Notes under the pieces: model-generated | Database searches by the model: none | What the model was told of the DNA's origin: nothing | What the model saw: only the letters and a program-made list of their open reading frames with translations | Shown: positions 1 to 13,021 of the stretch, piece by piece | Numbering within the stretch: the first letter of the stretch is position 1 | Layout: every line of letters begins with the position of its first letter | Made by a program: the position numbers and the translations under genes | Source of the DNA: Callorhinchus milii | Lineage: Eukaryota | Assembly: GCF_018977255.1 (NCBI RefSeq) | Contig: NW_024704743.1 | Location: 100,380,001 to 100,444,000 of the forward strand | Length of the DNA stretch: 64,000 nt | Direction: 5' to 3'

Positions 1-1204
1 GAGCCGTGAATTTTTCGGCAACTTTGGTATCGGGATGTTCACTTCTGTGCCCTCATTCTTATTCAAACCAGAAAGTGCAGCTTTAATTTAGTGAAATTCT
101 TTCTGTGTCAGAAATCATTAAAGCAGGAATGAGCTCGTAAGTGTGCCTTAATTGGCAATTAATGTCTTCACGCCAGCGTTAGTTAGCATACATCGCAAAG
201 AGTGTCTGAACTACTTCGGAAGTGTACTAATAATCAATGGTTAATGAGGTCTTTGGATTTTATTACTATGGGTTGCTGGAGCCTCAAGCAACACATTTTA
301 ATTAGTGATACGTTTTTCAAACAACAAGTGATAGGTCAGCGCAGGCAGGATAAAATACCATTCCCTCGAAGTCATCAATCTGCAGTTTAGTGTCCTGCAA
401 ACTTGACACACACTAAGAATCTGGCATTATTTCTCAGAAGGTTTATCACCAACATGGTCCAAGAAAATCAGAAAGAGAACCCAGTGTTGGTTTAAGCTTG
501 CTCTTATATGTTGCTTTGTGTTGCAGTTGTGAGCACTCTCGCCTATGGCAATATTAGATGTCAGATGTCCTTATATTGTGTTACAGTCATTTTTCTATCT
601 CATGATGACTGCTCTCAGTCTATGCACATGAAGTATTCCCCAGGACAAAAATGCCTTATTGAACCTACCAGAGGTGATCATTTCTGCTAGCAAGTAAAGC
701 ATGCCTATTTGTTTTCCTTGCCTAAGATGGGCTTTTCAATTCTTTCAATTTTTAAGGCAGTGTAAAGGAGCAGACATCAATTCTGAGTGTGGTTAAGTGA
801 TAAGCAACCCACAAATTCAAAGGCATAATTGTGCAGTTGGAAAATGATTTATTTTTGTAGTTAGTGCACAAGACCCATTTGTTGTTTGGGATCATTTGTA
901 ATTGTTTTCCTGCATTTTGTATTCAATTCAGTAATACAGCTAATAATCTCCAAGATATTGAGATTTAAGCACCAATCTGTGACCTTTCCATAAAAGATTT
1001 CTGTTTTCAATGCCAGAGTACATTAAGTTGAGAAAGTGATTTTGAATGAGGTGGGAGGGAGAATTCTCTTCTAGACAGAAATAAAATCAAGGTCAAGCCA
1101 ATATCTGTTATGATACTTGTGCTGACATTCATTTATGTGTTTTTTTAAGGCTTCTTGTGAAAGCGAATAAGCTTTAGCAATTGTCCCTTCACATGATATA
1201 AATA

Positions 1205-1350
1205 CGTTTCATCCACTGTTTGTGCTGAGTGAGCTGATCTCAGCTAGGGAAGCAGAAGTGCATTAAAATTGGGTTCAGTGTCCTGAGCTATAGAGAAGGA
1301 AAATCAGTGGGTTGCTTCTCTATATTGCTAACACAGTCAATCCTGTCCAC
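1205..1350 (+). mobile_element. Degraded AmnSINE2-like ancient SINE fragment
   Basis: TGTGCTGAGTGAGCTGATCTCAGCTAGGG...GGAAAATCAG; related motifs recur at about 18460, 41720 and, on the minus strand, 46370. Family name from recalled consensus. Confidence 0.45.
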
Positions 1351-1358
1351 ATTTTGCT

Positions 1359-1627
1359 ATTTACGTCCAGTTTATAAGTGCCCATTTTATGTAGATGTCT
1401 CATGAGAAACCTGGTATAAATAAGGGTTGAGCTACATTGATTTCTTACGCCGCTGTATTATAAATGGAGAAGCTGCTTTCATCTAAAACTTCCTGGGTTC
1501 AATGTTCTCAGTGAGAACTTTCACATAACCATTTTTCAAGTGTTAGGGAAGAGCTTTTCATGTGATCGGCTCTTTAATAATATTTAAAATATCTAAAACT
1601 ATTCAGCAGAGCTAACTGGACGTAAAT
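1359..1627. mobile_element. Candidate MITE (non-autonomous DNA transposon relic)
   Basis: Perfect 14-bp inverted repeat ATTTACGTCCAGTT (1359-1372) / AACTGGACGTAAAT (1614-1627), plus an imperfect inner inverted repeat around TCTCATGAGAA / TTCTCAGTGAGAA. Confidence 0.45.
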
Positions 1628-2229
1628 GTTTACAATACAATAAGCATTTTTAAATTTACATCTTTTTTTGTGAATTCTGTGTCAACTTTATCTTCCATTT
1701 AGTATCTTGACAATCGTCCATTGACACTGATGGGACTAATCGATTAATATGATGCTATACTTGAATATGACATGTGCAAACATATTCAACAAGTGGTTGA
1801 CAGCTTTTAACAGAGCTTGAAAGTACAACGTTCAATGAAAATTATAGTGAAGACTGCCAAAAACCTGACCAAAAAATGCTGACCATCTGATACGTAAGCA
1901 GAAAAGCCAAGCAGTGAAATAAACTCCTTGTGAGACACTGTAATTCTTTCTTGTTCAATTTCATAAAAATTCCTTCAACACATCTGTCGCATCACATAAT
2001 AAATCTAGATTTTTTTTCATTTCCAAGGATTTACCTGGTTCCTTACGGAAGCCTTTTATAGAGGATCCCAGTTACAGTTTTTATTCCTTCCATTCTTTGA
2101 AATGCCTCTTTCCTAACACTTTCAAAGTCCACTTCTTCAGTGAACATCCTCTCAATGGAACCTCAGTGCAAAAGTACAGGTTATAACTCTTTGGGCACAA
2201 TGTTTTCTGTGTAGAGGAAACTTTGATAA

Positions 2230-2470
2230 TGTTTGCTTTCAGCCGCTATTCCTTAAATCTCTGGAACTCTGTGCCTCAATCCCTCTGTCTTGCCCCTTCT
2301 TGCTCATCTTCAAATCAAACCTGAAGACTTTCCTCTTTGATCATGCCTTCCGTCACCTCTCATCTCTTTCCAGTTCAGCATCAACAACAACTTGCATTTA
2401 TATAGTGCCACTCACAGAGGGCAACGTCTCAGAGCGTTTGACAGTGGAGGAGCATGGGAGGAGGGAATGG
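2230..2470. mobile_element. Degraded L2 3' fragment (+, about 2230-2365) abutting an L2 tail (-, about 2383-2470)
   Basis: Translates to the L2 ORF2 C-terminus FKSNLKTFLFDHAF; followed by CAACAACAACTTGCATTTATATAGTGCC, the reverse complement of an L2-type tail. Confidence 0.6.
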
Positions 2471-3686
2471 GTGACTGTAGGCACCGTGAAATACACATTG
2501 CTGTTAAACACTCCAAGATGCTACTCGTATAAATCCAAGATGTTATTGTTGATAAAAGGGGAACATCTGCACACTAAGGCAAATCAATTTTGGACTGAAA
2601 GCGGAATTAACTGAAAAGACAATGTTCAAATTAAAGAAACGTTTTCTCAGTGTACTAGCTGTCCATTCCATCATGTCAGTCTGTCCTACGATAGTTTTGC
2701 AACAAAACTTACTAGATTGAAATGATTTGTGATCTTAAAGCAGTTTAAAATAATGGAATTCACAGAGTAAAGTAAGGCTGGTCCACAGCTCACCAGTTAA
2801 TGAGGCACAATTAGGGCTGTTATGCTCATAACATTACAACTTTAGTCTTTAACCCTGGAATAAATGACCTACAGATGTTCGTTGGGCTGTTAGTGTAGAC
2901 TCCAGTATTTTATTCTCAGCATCATTAACTCTTGGACAGAATTTCTCCCCTTTGTACGTGTGTAGTGACATTACAATTTTGATTCCTCGCTACCCCAGCC
3001 CCCCACCAATGGTTTCAATAAATAACTGGATAAGTTCCTGGAAATTAAAGGGTTATTGGATAATGAGATAGATATGCCAAAGGAATGTTTCAAGAATGTT
3101 TTGGATGTGTAGACTAGATGGATCATTGGCCTAGTTTTGCTTGAAACCGTTACTGTGTAGATGATTGTTGACTTGCTACAGAACTCCTGTATTTCTATTT
3201 GTATTTTATATTATCATTGTGGTTTAGTTGGTCCTGAAGTTAGCTTTCATAAGTGTGTAGATTGACATAGATTTCCATAACATACAAGAAGATAGATGCA
3301 CATAGCCATTCAGACTTTTGCTCATTGATGATTATTGAACAAATAACTCCTTTTCAGCAATACTTCAATACTCTTGTAATGACAAGTTTTGTGCTTTCTT
3401 TCAGAAAACTTGCGCTTGCATCAAGTCCTGCCTCGATTGTGATTTGAATTTAGTTTGCCTCTGGTTAGGATTTAACTGATTCTGCATAGGGAGCCTTACT
3501 TTATTAGATTGAGCTGAAAGCAGTAGGGAAACTTTCTGTTAAGTGCACCTCCTGTTGGCTTAGAAGTAATAGCATCTACATGGAAAAGAATACAATACAA
3601 ATATCTCAGCTCCTACCTGAAGGTCAACAGAGGAAAGGTGCAAAGGATGTGGAAGAAAGGATGGGAACCAAGGTAAATTAGCATAT

Positions 3687-4010
3687 TATAATAATAATAA
3701 TAATCTTTGCATTTGATATAGCGCTTTTCACGTCGGGAGGACGTCCCAAAGCGCTTCACAGAACCCACTGTAAAGTGAAATTGACTGCATATTTGTGGGC
3801 GAACGCGGCAGCCAATTGCGCACAGCAATGTCCCACAAACAGTTGTAGATTGAAAATGACCAATTTATTATTGTTTTTGGTTTTGGAGAGATTATTATTA
3901 GGCGTGTGGAGTAAGGAAACTTGCCCAAGGTTTCGCCCTCTGCCTGGAATTGAACTCAGGTCTCTCACTTGCAAAGCGAGTGCTCTAAACACTGAGCTAC
4001 AGGACTCCAC
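3687..4010 (-). mobile_element. Full-length young tRNA-derived Deu-type SINE with L2 tail
   Basis: Reverse complement of the 28209 copy; A box and B box present, (ATT)n tail, 8-bp TSD TAGCATAT at 3679-3686 and 4014-4021. Confidence 0.93.
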
Positions 4011-4094
4011 CAATAGCATATGATGCTATTAATGGTAGCTATAGAAAATACTTTCTGGCCAACAACAAATAGATAGATAGATCTTCAGCTTCAG

Positions 4095-4255
4095 TTTATG
4101 GGACTTTGCTGTGTATAAAATGGCTGTTGCATTTGCCTACAATTGTACAGTCACTACATTTGACAGCAATTAATTACCTGTGAAACACTTCAAGGCATTT
4201 TGACATTAAAGGCACTATAAACTATAGGCACTACAAATGCAACACATTATTATTT
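4095..4255 (+). mobile_element. Degraded Deu-type SINE 3' half
   Basis: TGGGACTTTGCTGTGTATAAAATGGCTG...TGTGAAACACTT...AAATGCAA and (ATT)n remnant. Confidence 0.65.
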
Positions 4256-6052
4256 GTATTATATTCAATTAAAACAAAAGATTAGTTGTAGAGAAGAGTG
4301 TGTGACAATTTCATAATTGTATTATCCATTGTTTTCTTAAAAAACTGGAAAAACAAAGATCCTACAAGGTGGCTATGAATAGACTGGACATTCCCTGAAG
4401 TTTGCTTCCCAGCAAATTGTGACTGACAGTAATTTGACTATATTAAATTGTTGCAATTAAAACAATGTCAAATGACAAATATTGAGCTTCTCATCACAAA
4501 TTGAATGAGTCAGAGTGAACAGCAGTCCCATTTCAACACATATTGATGGTTTGAAACCTGCCCACAAAATACAGTCACATCATTTTGCAGTATATCCTGT
4601 GAAGCACTTCAGATATCTTGACTACGTGACAAGCCACTATATCAAATGAAAGAATGATTACTATATATTATACTATTACATGCTTTATGAATGTTTTGAG
4701 CAGGATGACAGTTCCATCTTTAGAATACAGCATTCGCGCTGTGGTGGAGGAGAGCAGCTTCCTTAAAAAAATGTAAATGTAGTGATGCAACAGAAATGCA
4801 TTGCATTCAGAAACAACACTAAATAATGAATGTGTCAGAAAAAAAACATGGTGCATGCAGGTTGTTGTGTGCATATTGTAGATCACAGGCTGCAATGTGT
4901 AAACACGTAAGGGTGAATCACTTTTTAAATTGTGAGCAAAATAATGTCTAATGGACCAGATACTGCCCTCGTTTCCGGTAGATAATCGTGCAATCAATCT
5001 TTTGCCAGCAGCAGTTCAGTTTAAATAATAGTCTCTCAAACAGAAAGTTTGCTGTGTTGTACTTTCTTTGTTTTGCTACCACAGGGAGACTGTATTTTTG
5101 GGAGGAACTCTCTATGTGTGAAACCACAACAGTGGATATTTAGTTTGCATCAGAATGCACACAATTGACATGGAGTGATAGAACGTGGGCTGAAAACCTG
5201 GATCCTGTCAAGCGCTGAGTTGCTAACCTGCAGATACAATCCATTAGCAGAGGGCAGATGCTTTTTCATAAGGAGGAGGATGTGATGAGAGTTATTCAAA
5301 GCCTCCATCAAACACATGTCCAGCGATCAGTTACTGAGAAGCAATGGAGAAATAGGAAGAGGTTCTTTAGTGAACGATGCACAGAGATCCATTCTGACCC
5401 AAATGTATACAGGGAGCTATGTATAAATTCAACAACAACAACAAAATTATATTTGTAAAATGCCTTTCATGTCAGGAGAACATCCCAAATTCAGCTGAAT
5501 ACATAAAGGCACTCTACAGTATATGCCTTTGAGTAATATTATAAAATCATTTATTCAGCCCAGAAGGAGGCAATATCACCCTGGGTTTCAGTGTCGTACT
5601 ATCTCACCACTGAAGCTACCAACTTTGATCGAGCTCAGATTAATGGGAAGAAAGTCTTCTCTCTGAGATAGTTTTAACTGCTTGAAGTTTGGGGGTAATC
5701 TCAACCCATATCTTAGCATAGATCTACAGTAAAACAATTACCACAAGATAACATGACATTGGCAATCTCAGAGATACCTTCCAGGTTATGGTGCCCTATA
5801 ATCCAGAAATCCTCATGCTTGTAGCATCCACATTAAAATTCAACATAATGCACCTTGAATTTGTTACAGCGCCTTTTCGCATTGGCTTAATGTCTCAAAG
5901 CGCTTCACAGAATTCACAGTTATGTGAATGTGTGTCTGTAGGTGAAAAGCCAGAACTTTGGAAAGATGTTAAATTCAGTCTTAATGTGCAATACTGTTTT
6001 AAGACAAAGAAAGTACAACACAGCAAACTTTCTGTTTGAGAGACTATCATTT

Positions 6053-6594
6053 AAACAGAACTCTGCAGCCCGTGTCCTCTCCCATACTAGGCTCCGCAAC
6101 CCTATCACCCCCATCCTTGCCCAACACCACTGGCTTCCCATCACACAGAGGATACAGTTCAAGATCCTGGTCCTCACCTTCAAAGCCCTCCACAGTCTTG
6201 TTCCCCCCTACCTCTCCAATCTCCTAACCCCCTACCACCCTGTTTACTCCCTCTGCTCAGTGGGCGCCTTCCTGCTTCAAGTCCCCTGTCTCGCTCGGCC
6301 CACTATCGGCGGGCAGGCCTTCTGCCACTCTGCACCCACCCTCTGGAACTCCATCCCGCAGTCTCTCCATCTCGCCCCCTCCCTCGCCACCTTCAAGACC
6401 CACCTCAAGACCCTCCTTTTCTACCATGCATTCGATCTCCCTGCTTCCCCCCCATTCTCCATCCTCCCCCACCCCGAACCCCAGCTCAGGTCCGTAACTC
6501 TGTCTTTCCAGCGCCTTGGGACATCCTCCCGATGTGAAAGGCGCTAAACAAATGTAATTTTGTTGTTGTTGTTGTTCTTGTTGTTCTTGTTGTT
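6053..6594 (+). mobile_element. L2 LINE 3' fragment
   Basis: QNSAARVL...HWLPITQRIQFKILVLTFKALH...FKTHLKTLLF; 3' stem-loop AGCGCCTT...AAGGCGCT; (GTT)n tail. Confidence 0.92.
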
Positions 6595-7239
6595 AAGCAT
6601 TTCATAAAAAGACTGATTTAAAATTGTTTCCACAATATTTCATAATTTTAAATTTCAAGATTTGGGGGTAAATGGGGCGGGTGGAATTGGGTGGGAGAAA
6701 AGGTGGAACGGGTAAAATATATTTTTTAAATAGAACAAGTCTGGTAAAAAGATTTATCATATCTTATGTGGGAAATCTAGGAAATCGGGAATGACCATAA
6801 ATCATATGGAACTTGTCTTGTTCTTCACATTCATGTATTCATTGGAGGAATAAACTATGAGGAACAAGACCAGATAGAACTCTTCAGCCATGAAAAGTGG
6901 CTTTCAGCCAGAAATACACCAGGTGGTAAATAGGATTGAGAAAATCAAACCTAATAATTTCAGGGGAAAAACAGGACAAGAAGGCATGGCAGAGAAGGGA
7001 GATTTTAGGGCACCGGGCAATCTGATTTATGCAGAGGGTAATCAACAGCTGGAAAATATCACAAGGAAGTGCTAGAGATCAGGACACTGGATTTATTTAA
7101 GAAACAGTTTGATAGTGGAAGATGATGGAGTGATTATTCTGGTAGGATGAAATGAGCCAAAAAAGTTTCTTCACTTGTGCTTCACTTGTGGTCTTGTGAA
7201 TAGGCAGGAATATTAAGGAAGTGTGTGTGTGTGAATAAA

Positions 7240-7352
7240 CATAATAATCCTTGCATTTGATATAGCACCTTATCACATCTTCGAGACATCCCAAAGCACT
7301 TCACAGAATATACTGTTAAGTGAATTGATTGTATATTTTGTAGACAAAAATG
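7240..7352 (-). mobile_element. SINE 3' tail fragment flanked by (GT)n microsatellites
   Basis: ATAATAATCCTTGCATTTGATATAGCACCTTATCACATCTTCGAGACATCCCAAAGCACTTCACAG; (GT)n at about 7221 and 7355-7383. Confidence 0.85.
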
Positions 7353-8044
7353 AATGTGTGTGAGTGTTTGTGTGTGTGTGTGTCTCTCTCCTCTCTGTGT
7401 CTTGGAAAGTGATTCATGTAGTGGAAACAAATGTCAACAGGACCTGGCACATGACGGAGATTGCATTCGCTGCAAGGCAGACTCGGCCAAAGAATATTTA
7501 TCTATTCGACCATTTGTACTTACGTTGTGTAAAGAGTGAACTGCCAGAAGGGGAGTATGTACTGTACTGTTTAAAGAGCAAATTATGTGCTTGGCTATGT
7601 GCTAATATACTGCTTTGGTTTCTGCTTTAGGTCTTGAACTCCATTCTTACTTGGGAAACACGTTACGTTGAACACAACTATTGAAATATATAGTGAAAGG
7701 TATAAGGCAGTAATTGAATCAGAAGGGTTCGGATGAAGTATAAACTGTAAGAGTGAAGGCTGAGTGCTTTATAACAAGCTTTTTGAACCCAAGATTAGAT
7801 TACTGGCTTGAAATAACTCCAGAATACTTGTTATTTCTTTATAAATCGTTTTAAGCGATTATTTTATTTAAAAATGTATCCATTTCCTGGCAGCAGTGCC
7901 TTGTCAACGTAGTGTCAGGGTAGCTGTCAATGTGCTTCACTTCACTGATGTGTGATGGCGTACATATGGTGGATATGCCTTTGGCTCATTGCAAGTTTGT
8001 TCAAGACTAAAATGAAAGTTGATCAATGAGAACTTTTACAGCCA

Positions 8045-8670
8045 CATCTACACGATTTGCTCACTATATGATCTTCTCTACATCGGGGAAACCAAACTCA
8101 GATTGGGTGATCGCTTTGCCGAACCCGGAGCTTCTGGTCGCTTGCTACTTTAATTGTTCTTCTCACTCTGACCTCTCTGTCCATGGCCTCCTACACTGAT
8201 TCCAATGAAGTACAATGCAAGCTCAAGGAACAACACCTCATCTATCTCTTAGGCACTATCTGGCCTCAACGTTGATTTTAACCACTTAAACACAGCTCCC
8301 ATCTTGTCTCAGCCTTGCCTCCCCTCTTTCCCTCTTCAGTAACTATTCACACATCCCCTGGGTCTCAGACACATCTCTTCCTTCTATAATCTCCCACTAT
8401 TGCCTTCTTTTGTCTTGCACCATCAACACCTCTGATCTTATCATCTCCTGTCCTCCATCTAATTTTTTTATTTGTCTTTCTTTCCCTGCCCTCTTCTCTG
8501 TTTGTCCTTATGAACTGCTCCCTTCCAACATCCTCCAGTACTGATGAAAGGTCATTGAATTGAAACGTTGACTCACTTTCCTCTCTCCATCGATGCTGCC
8601 TGACCTGCTGAGTGATCCCAGCAACTTCTGTTTTTATTTCAGATTTCCAGATTCTGCAGTATTTTGCCTT
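8045..8670 (+). mobile_element. Penelope-like retroelement 3' remnant (GIY-YIG endonuclease end plus 3' UTR)
   Basis: 8069 onward reads DLLYIGETKLRLGDRFAE (YIG motif) and later KLKEQHLIYLLGT; pyrimidine-rich UTR followed by CTGATGAAAGGTC...GAAACGTTGAC...GATGCTGCCTGACCTGCTGAG. Confidence 0.8.
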
Positions 8671-10679
8671 TCATCACAGCCACATTTGCATTTAGATCAA
8701 ATTGGTGGGAGAGGAGAGGAAAGTATTATGTGATTTGCTAATTGTCAGGTAATAATTCTCACATTGCCCAAAAGTACAACGCAGAAATGTCTTCAATTAT
8801 CATCAGTTTGGCACAATGATTTGGTCCAAAATCAGAGAGAAAAAAAGTTTGTCTTGAGAGATCATAGTATTACCAATTGTGGCATGTAGCATTTCAGAGT
8901 TTCTCCATGCGTTAACGGCAAAAGATAGTCGCAGTACATTTATCGCATTTTACACCTCAGTAATAAAAAATACATGTTTAATTGATTAATTTATGCCAGG
9001 GGTCGACAGTTTTAGAGAGTGAATCTGCCGTTAAGAGGTAAAAGGAATAACAGCCTTAACTAAATTCCTGCCTTTAGGGCTTGTGCATAATTAAATACAT
9101 TATGGAAATTGTAGCATTTCAGTAATAAAGCAGTGAATTTATTCATTGACCCCCCGATTAAAATAAGAAGGTTGATGCAGAAGACTGATCGTGCCTCACC
9201 ATTCATTCCACAAGACTCAACAACTGACAATGGATTTAAATGTTACAGGTTCTCCACAAATGTGTGCAAGCTGAAAAAGCAAGCCGAGGACCGTCATTTT
9301 ATTGGTGCCTGACTGCTGCACACATAACAGCACAACTCCCCCTTTCCTCCTGAGCAGCTCCAGGATTTCAGATATCATCTGCAAAGCTCTATTTTCTCTG
9401 TATAAATCTCTTGGTTAAATGGCATGGTGCCCAATACCAAGAATGAGCGCTTTTAATGTTACTTTTCAACCTTTCTAATATAAAAAATGAATAGAATCAC
9501 TAGACAGTTGGAGCTTCCATGAGAGGTATCTGTCACTCATAGGCAGCTTTGGCTAGAGCAATGCTGTCGTCCTTATGATAGACACTGACTGACTAACAGA
9601 AAGAGGAATAGAGATGGAGAGAAATTGGATGAGAACAGAGGAGAAATTGAGATGTTAGGCTTACACTAGACAAAGAGCAAAAAAAAGCAAGGAAATGTGA
9701 AATGTGAAGAATAAGTATACAAGGTGGATCAAAGAAGCAATAGTTTCGGAATCTGTTACTGGAGAAAAATTAAGGCATTATTCTGTGCTGTATTGGCAAT
9801 GGATCCGCTGTTTAAACTCTGGCACCTAGATGTGAATCACAAGATTGTATCAGATAAAGTAGGTCACTGGACCATTTGATCTCATCCTTCCAGAAAACCC
9901 ACCCTACTTTTCTCCCATCACAGCATTGAGCTGTTTCAGTCCAACAGTTTGGCCTCAACCACTATTCCTGATAACCCTATTCCAGTCCTTAATCACCCTG
10001 AAAGTAAATAAATACTTTCTTGCCCTTTGCAACCCCAACATGTACTTTTGGCACATAGGGTCCAGAAACTGAAGTGCTGATTCATATGTAACTTATCAAA
10101 ATATATTAGAGTTAGGCAGGTATCCTACAAACCGACATCCAAGTTGTCATGCTCTGCGAGCCAAAAATGCAGTAGATACCGTAGGTTGCCTTTGGGACCA
10201 AATGTTGTCATGGAGTTGAGGGAGCGAGGGAAAGTTACACAGCAGAGCCGTCTTGTTATCAAATATCTCAATTATATTGAACAATTGTGTGTAAATTATC
10301 ACTAATGGTAATTGTGACACAGCACACTTTATAGCCCCTTATTTCTATAAGACTCGGTGCTTGGACATAACATTATTCTGGCAGAGTAACCACTATAGCC
10401 AGTAACATTCATACTCAAATATGATATGCAGTGCTATCCTTCAATGATGTGCAGCGACAATTCACTAGATTAACATTTGGTATGAAGCTATGATGAGAGA
10501 CTAGATAGATTTGTGTTATATTAGTGTTGTGTTAGAGATGAGATGTAAGGTATGTTCTGATTGAGATGCTGAAATAATGAAAGGAATTGACAAGCTAGAT
10601 AGATGATGGTTCTTCCCTCTTTGTACAAACCCGAAGTCTGTATAATAATAATAAAATCAAATGCAAGGATTATATTATT

Positions 10680-10792
10680 AATAATAATCCTTGCAATTAG
10701 ATATAGTGCCTTATCAGGTCTTCGAAATGTCTCAAAACACTTCAGAGAATATATTGTAAAGTGAATTGACTGTATATTTTGTGGGCGAAATA
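10680..10792 (-). mobile_element. SINE 3' tail fragment
   Basis: ATAATAATCCTTGCAATTAGATATAGTGCC...GTGAATTGACTGTATATTTTGTGGGCGAAA. Confidence 0.85.
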
Positions 10793-12760
10793 CGTATGGT
10801 TGATTAGTTTTCTTAGTTCTGAAAGCTAATCTATTATGCTATGTACACACTTGAAAAAGCCATCAAACAGCTTCAACATATATTATTGAGCCAGAAAATC
10901 AAACAGGAAAATACAGGAAAGAAATATTTTAATGTTCAGACTAATAGAGTTGCATCCATTAAACTGACTGTACACTGCTCAAATAAGTAAGAAGAATGTT
11001 TTTTGTTTTACATGGAAGGGATCGTAAAATTCAGTGAAACTAGTTACGTTTTTCTTCAAGAAACAATAATTTAATAAACACAAGGCTAATTAATTATTGA
11101 TTTATTAATTCAGTTCACAGTGCATCAATGGATCAGTCAATAACTGTCTGAAGTTGCTGCTGAGTAGACTTTTCCATCTGGAAATCTCTATTATGTACCA
11201 TTTCTGTACAATTTGTTGGGTTTAAAAAGAAATTTATTGGAGATAAAGAGGGGGGGTGAAAGTTGTACCATGCGATTGTTCTAATTAACACACAGATTGA
11301 AAAAACATTGATCGTCAACACACTGACTGGTGCTGAAGGAAGATACCCCCAAATCCTTCTTAATGAAAAATGCCTGTTCTGGATACCAGCAACACTATGT
11401 GTTTAACTTCCAGGCTCACAATTTTCTACTTGTAGTGATTGGAGCATCATAATGACAATAATAATTGACAATAATAATTGTCATTATCACATTGCCCCAG
11501 AATCTGAATTCACAGTATCCCAATTGGTTAAGTGTTCTGCAACTTTACTTAAAGCAAAAGGTTCTCTTTCTCCCTCTCTTAACGTCCCTCATGACTCAAA
11601 TGCATTTCACCAACTCTAACTGAAATCCCAATATATTTAATCCAAACAGTTTGAAGTTTTGAAGGCTGAGTCAAAAGATATCTCTACCACATTAAAGGAA
11701 GTCTAAGAATATTAGTAACAAACCTCACAGGTGAGTTTGAACTTGATTTCTGCAGTTCTTCAAACCCTGAAATCTATTGTCCTATCCCTGGTCTGACCAT
11801 GAGATGATCTCTCCTGCTGCTTTTGCTGCCAGTCAGTCTCCTGTGGCCCTTCTAATGGAATAAATGTGCTGACCGGTTGATTGTTTCAAGTTTAATTGCA
11901 TTTTCTTCTTATCATCAGCCGATGTCTGAAACATTTCAGAAAAAAAAGAAAATAAAATCTCCATGGAACGGATTACAACAAGTTGTGTTATTACTAGAAA
12001 AAAATAGATATTGTGTTTTGTTTCTCGCTAATGTTTTCAACCAATTTTATTCCCTTCACTTCTGAAGGAGTTTGACTCCTTTCTTCTATTTATTAGGGTA
12101 CAGTTGTACAGTTGGTGGGCTTTCTCTGGCACTGTACCTTGCATAAGTGTATGAGTGTAGTCAGGTTGTTTGACCATGATGAGAAACGGAGAGGGCCTCA
12201 GAGTTGAGCTGAATCCTATCTAATAGATATCTTTCTATAGGCACATACCTAAAAGGGATTCACTCAGCTAGATGGGTAATGGGAAAGGCAGGTAAATGGG
12301 ACTGAAAGGATTGCTTTTGTGAGAGCTAGCACAGACAAGATGGGCCGAATGATCTTATTCCGTGCCAAACATATCTTTGATTCTATGTTTCTGTACTCGA
12401 CTGATATCCACGCACATACTTCTAGGAGATTAAGAGCAGGAGTTCTGACTTTTCTTGTTCTAACCCATAAAGATTGCCAATCTGCAGGATTGTGTTATGA
12501 TCCCAGAATATGCAGTCAATTCACTTTAAAGTATATTCTGTGAAGTGCTCTGAGACGTCTCGAAGATGTGATAAGCCACGTATTAAATGCAAGGATTATT
12601 ATTATTATTATAAACCATGTGCAAACACATATAAGTGCCTTGATTTATACAATTAACAACCAATAAAAACATCTATAGATGATTCCGTCTTACTATGTAT
12701 TTAACAAAGGGAACAATAATGAAGATTAAGACTATAAGTGGTAAACTCCAATCTTTTGAT

Positions 12761-13021
12761 CAACAACAACAACAACAACAAGATTCCATTTATAGAGCGC
12801 CTTTCACGTCAGGAGGACGTCCCAAGGCGCTGCACAGTTGGATCATGACCCGAGCAGGGGGGAAATGGTCAGGGTGAGGGGAGGGAAGGGAGGGAGCGAG
12901 GAGGGGGGAAATGGTCAGGGTGAGGGAAGGGAGGGAGGAAGGAGGGGGAAATGGTGAGGGGAGGGAAGGGAGGGAGCGAGGAGGGGGAAGAGAGTCGAGA
13001 GGGGAGCTGAAGGCACGGTCA
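12761..13021 (-). mobile_element. Young L2 3' end with triplicated 45-bp UTR unit
   Basis: (CAA)n-GATTCCATTTATAGAGCGCCTTTCACGTC; near-identical to 38201-38430 and to the reverse complement of 55465-55638. Confidence 0.92.
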
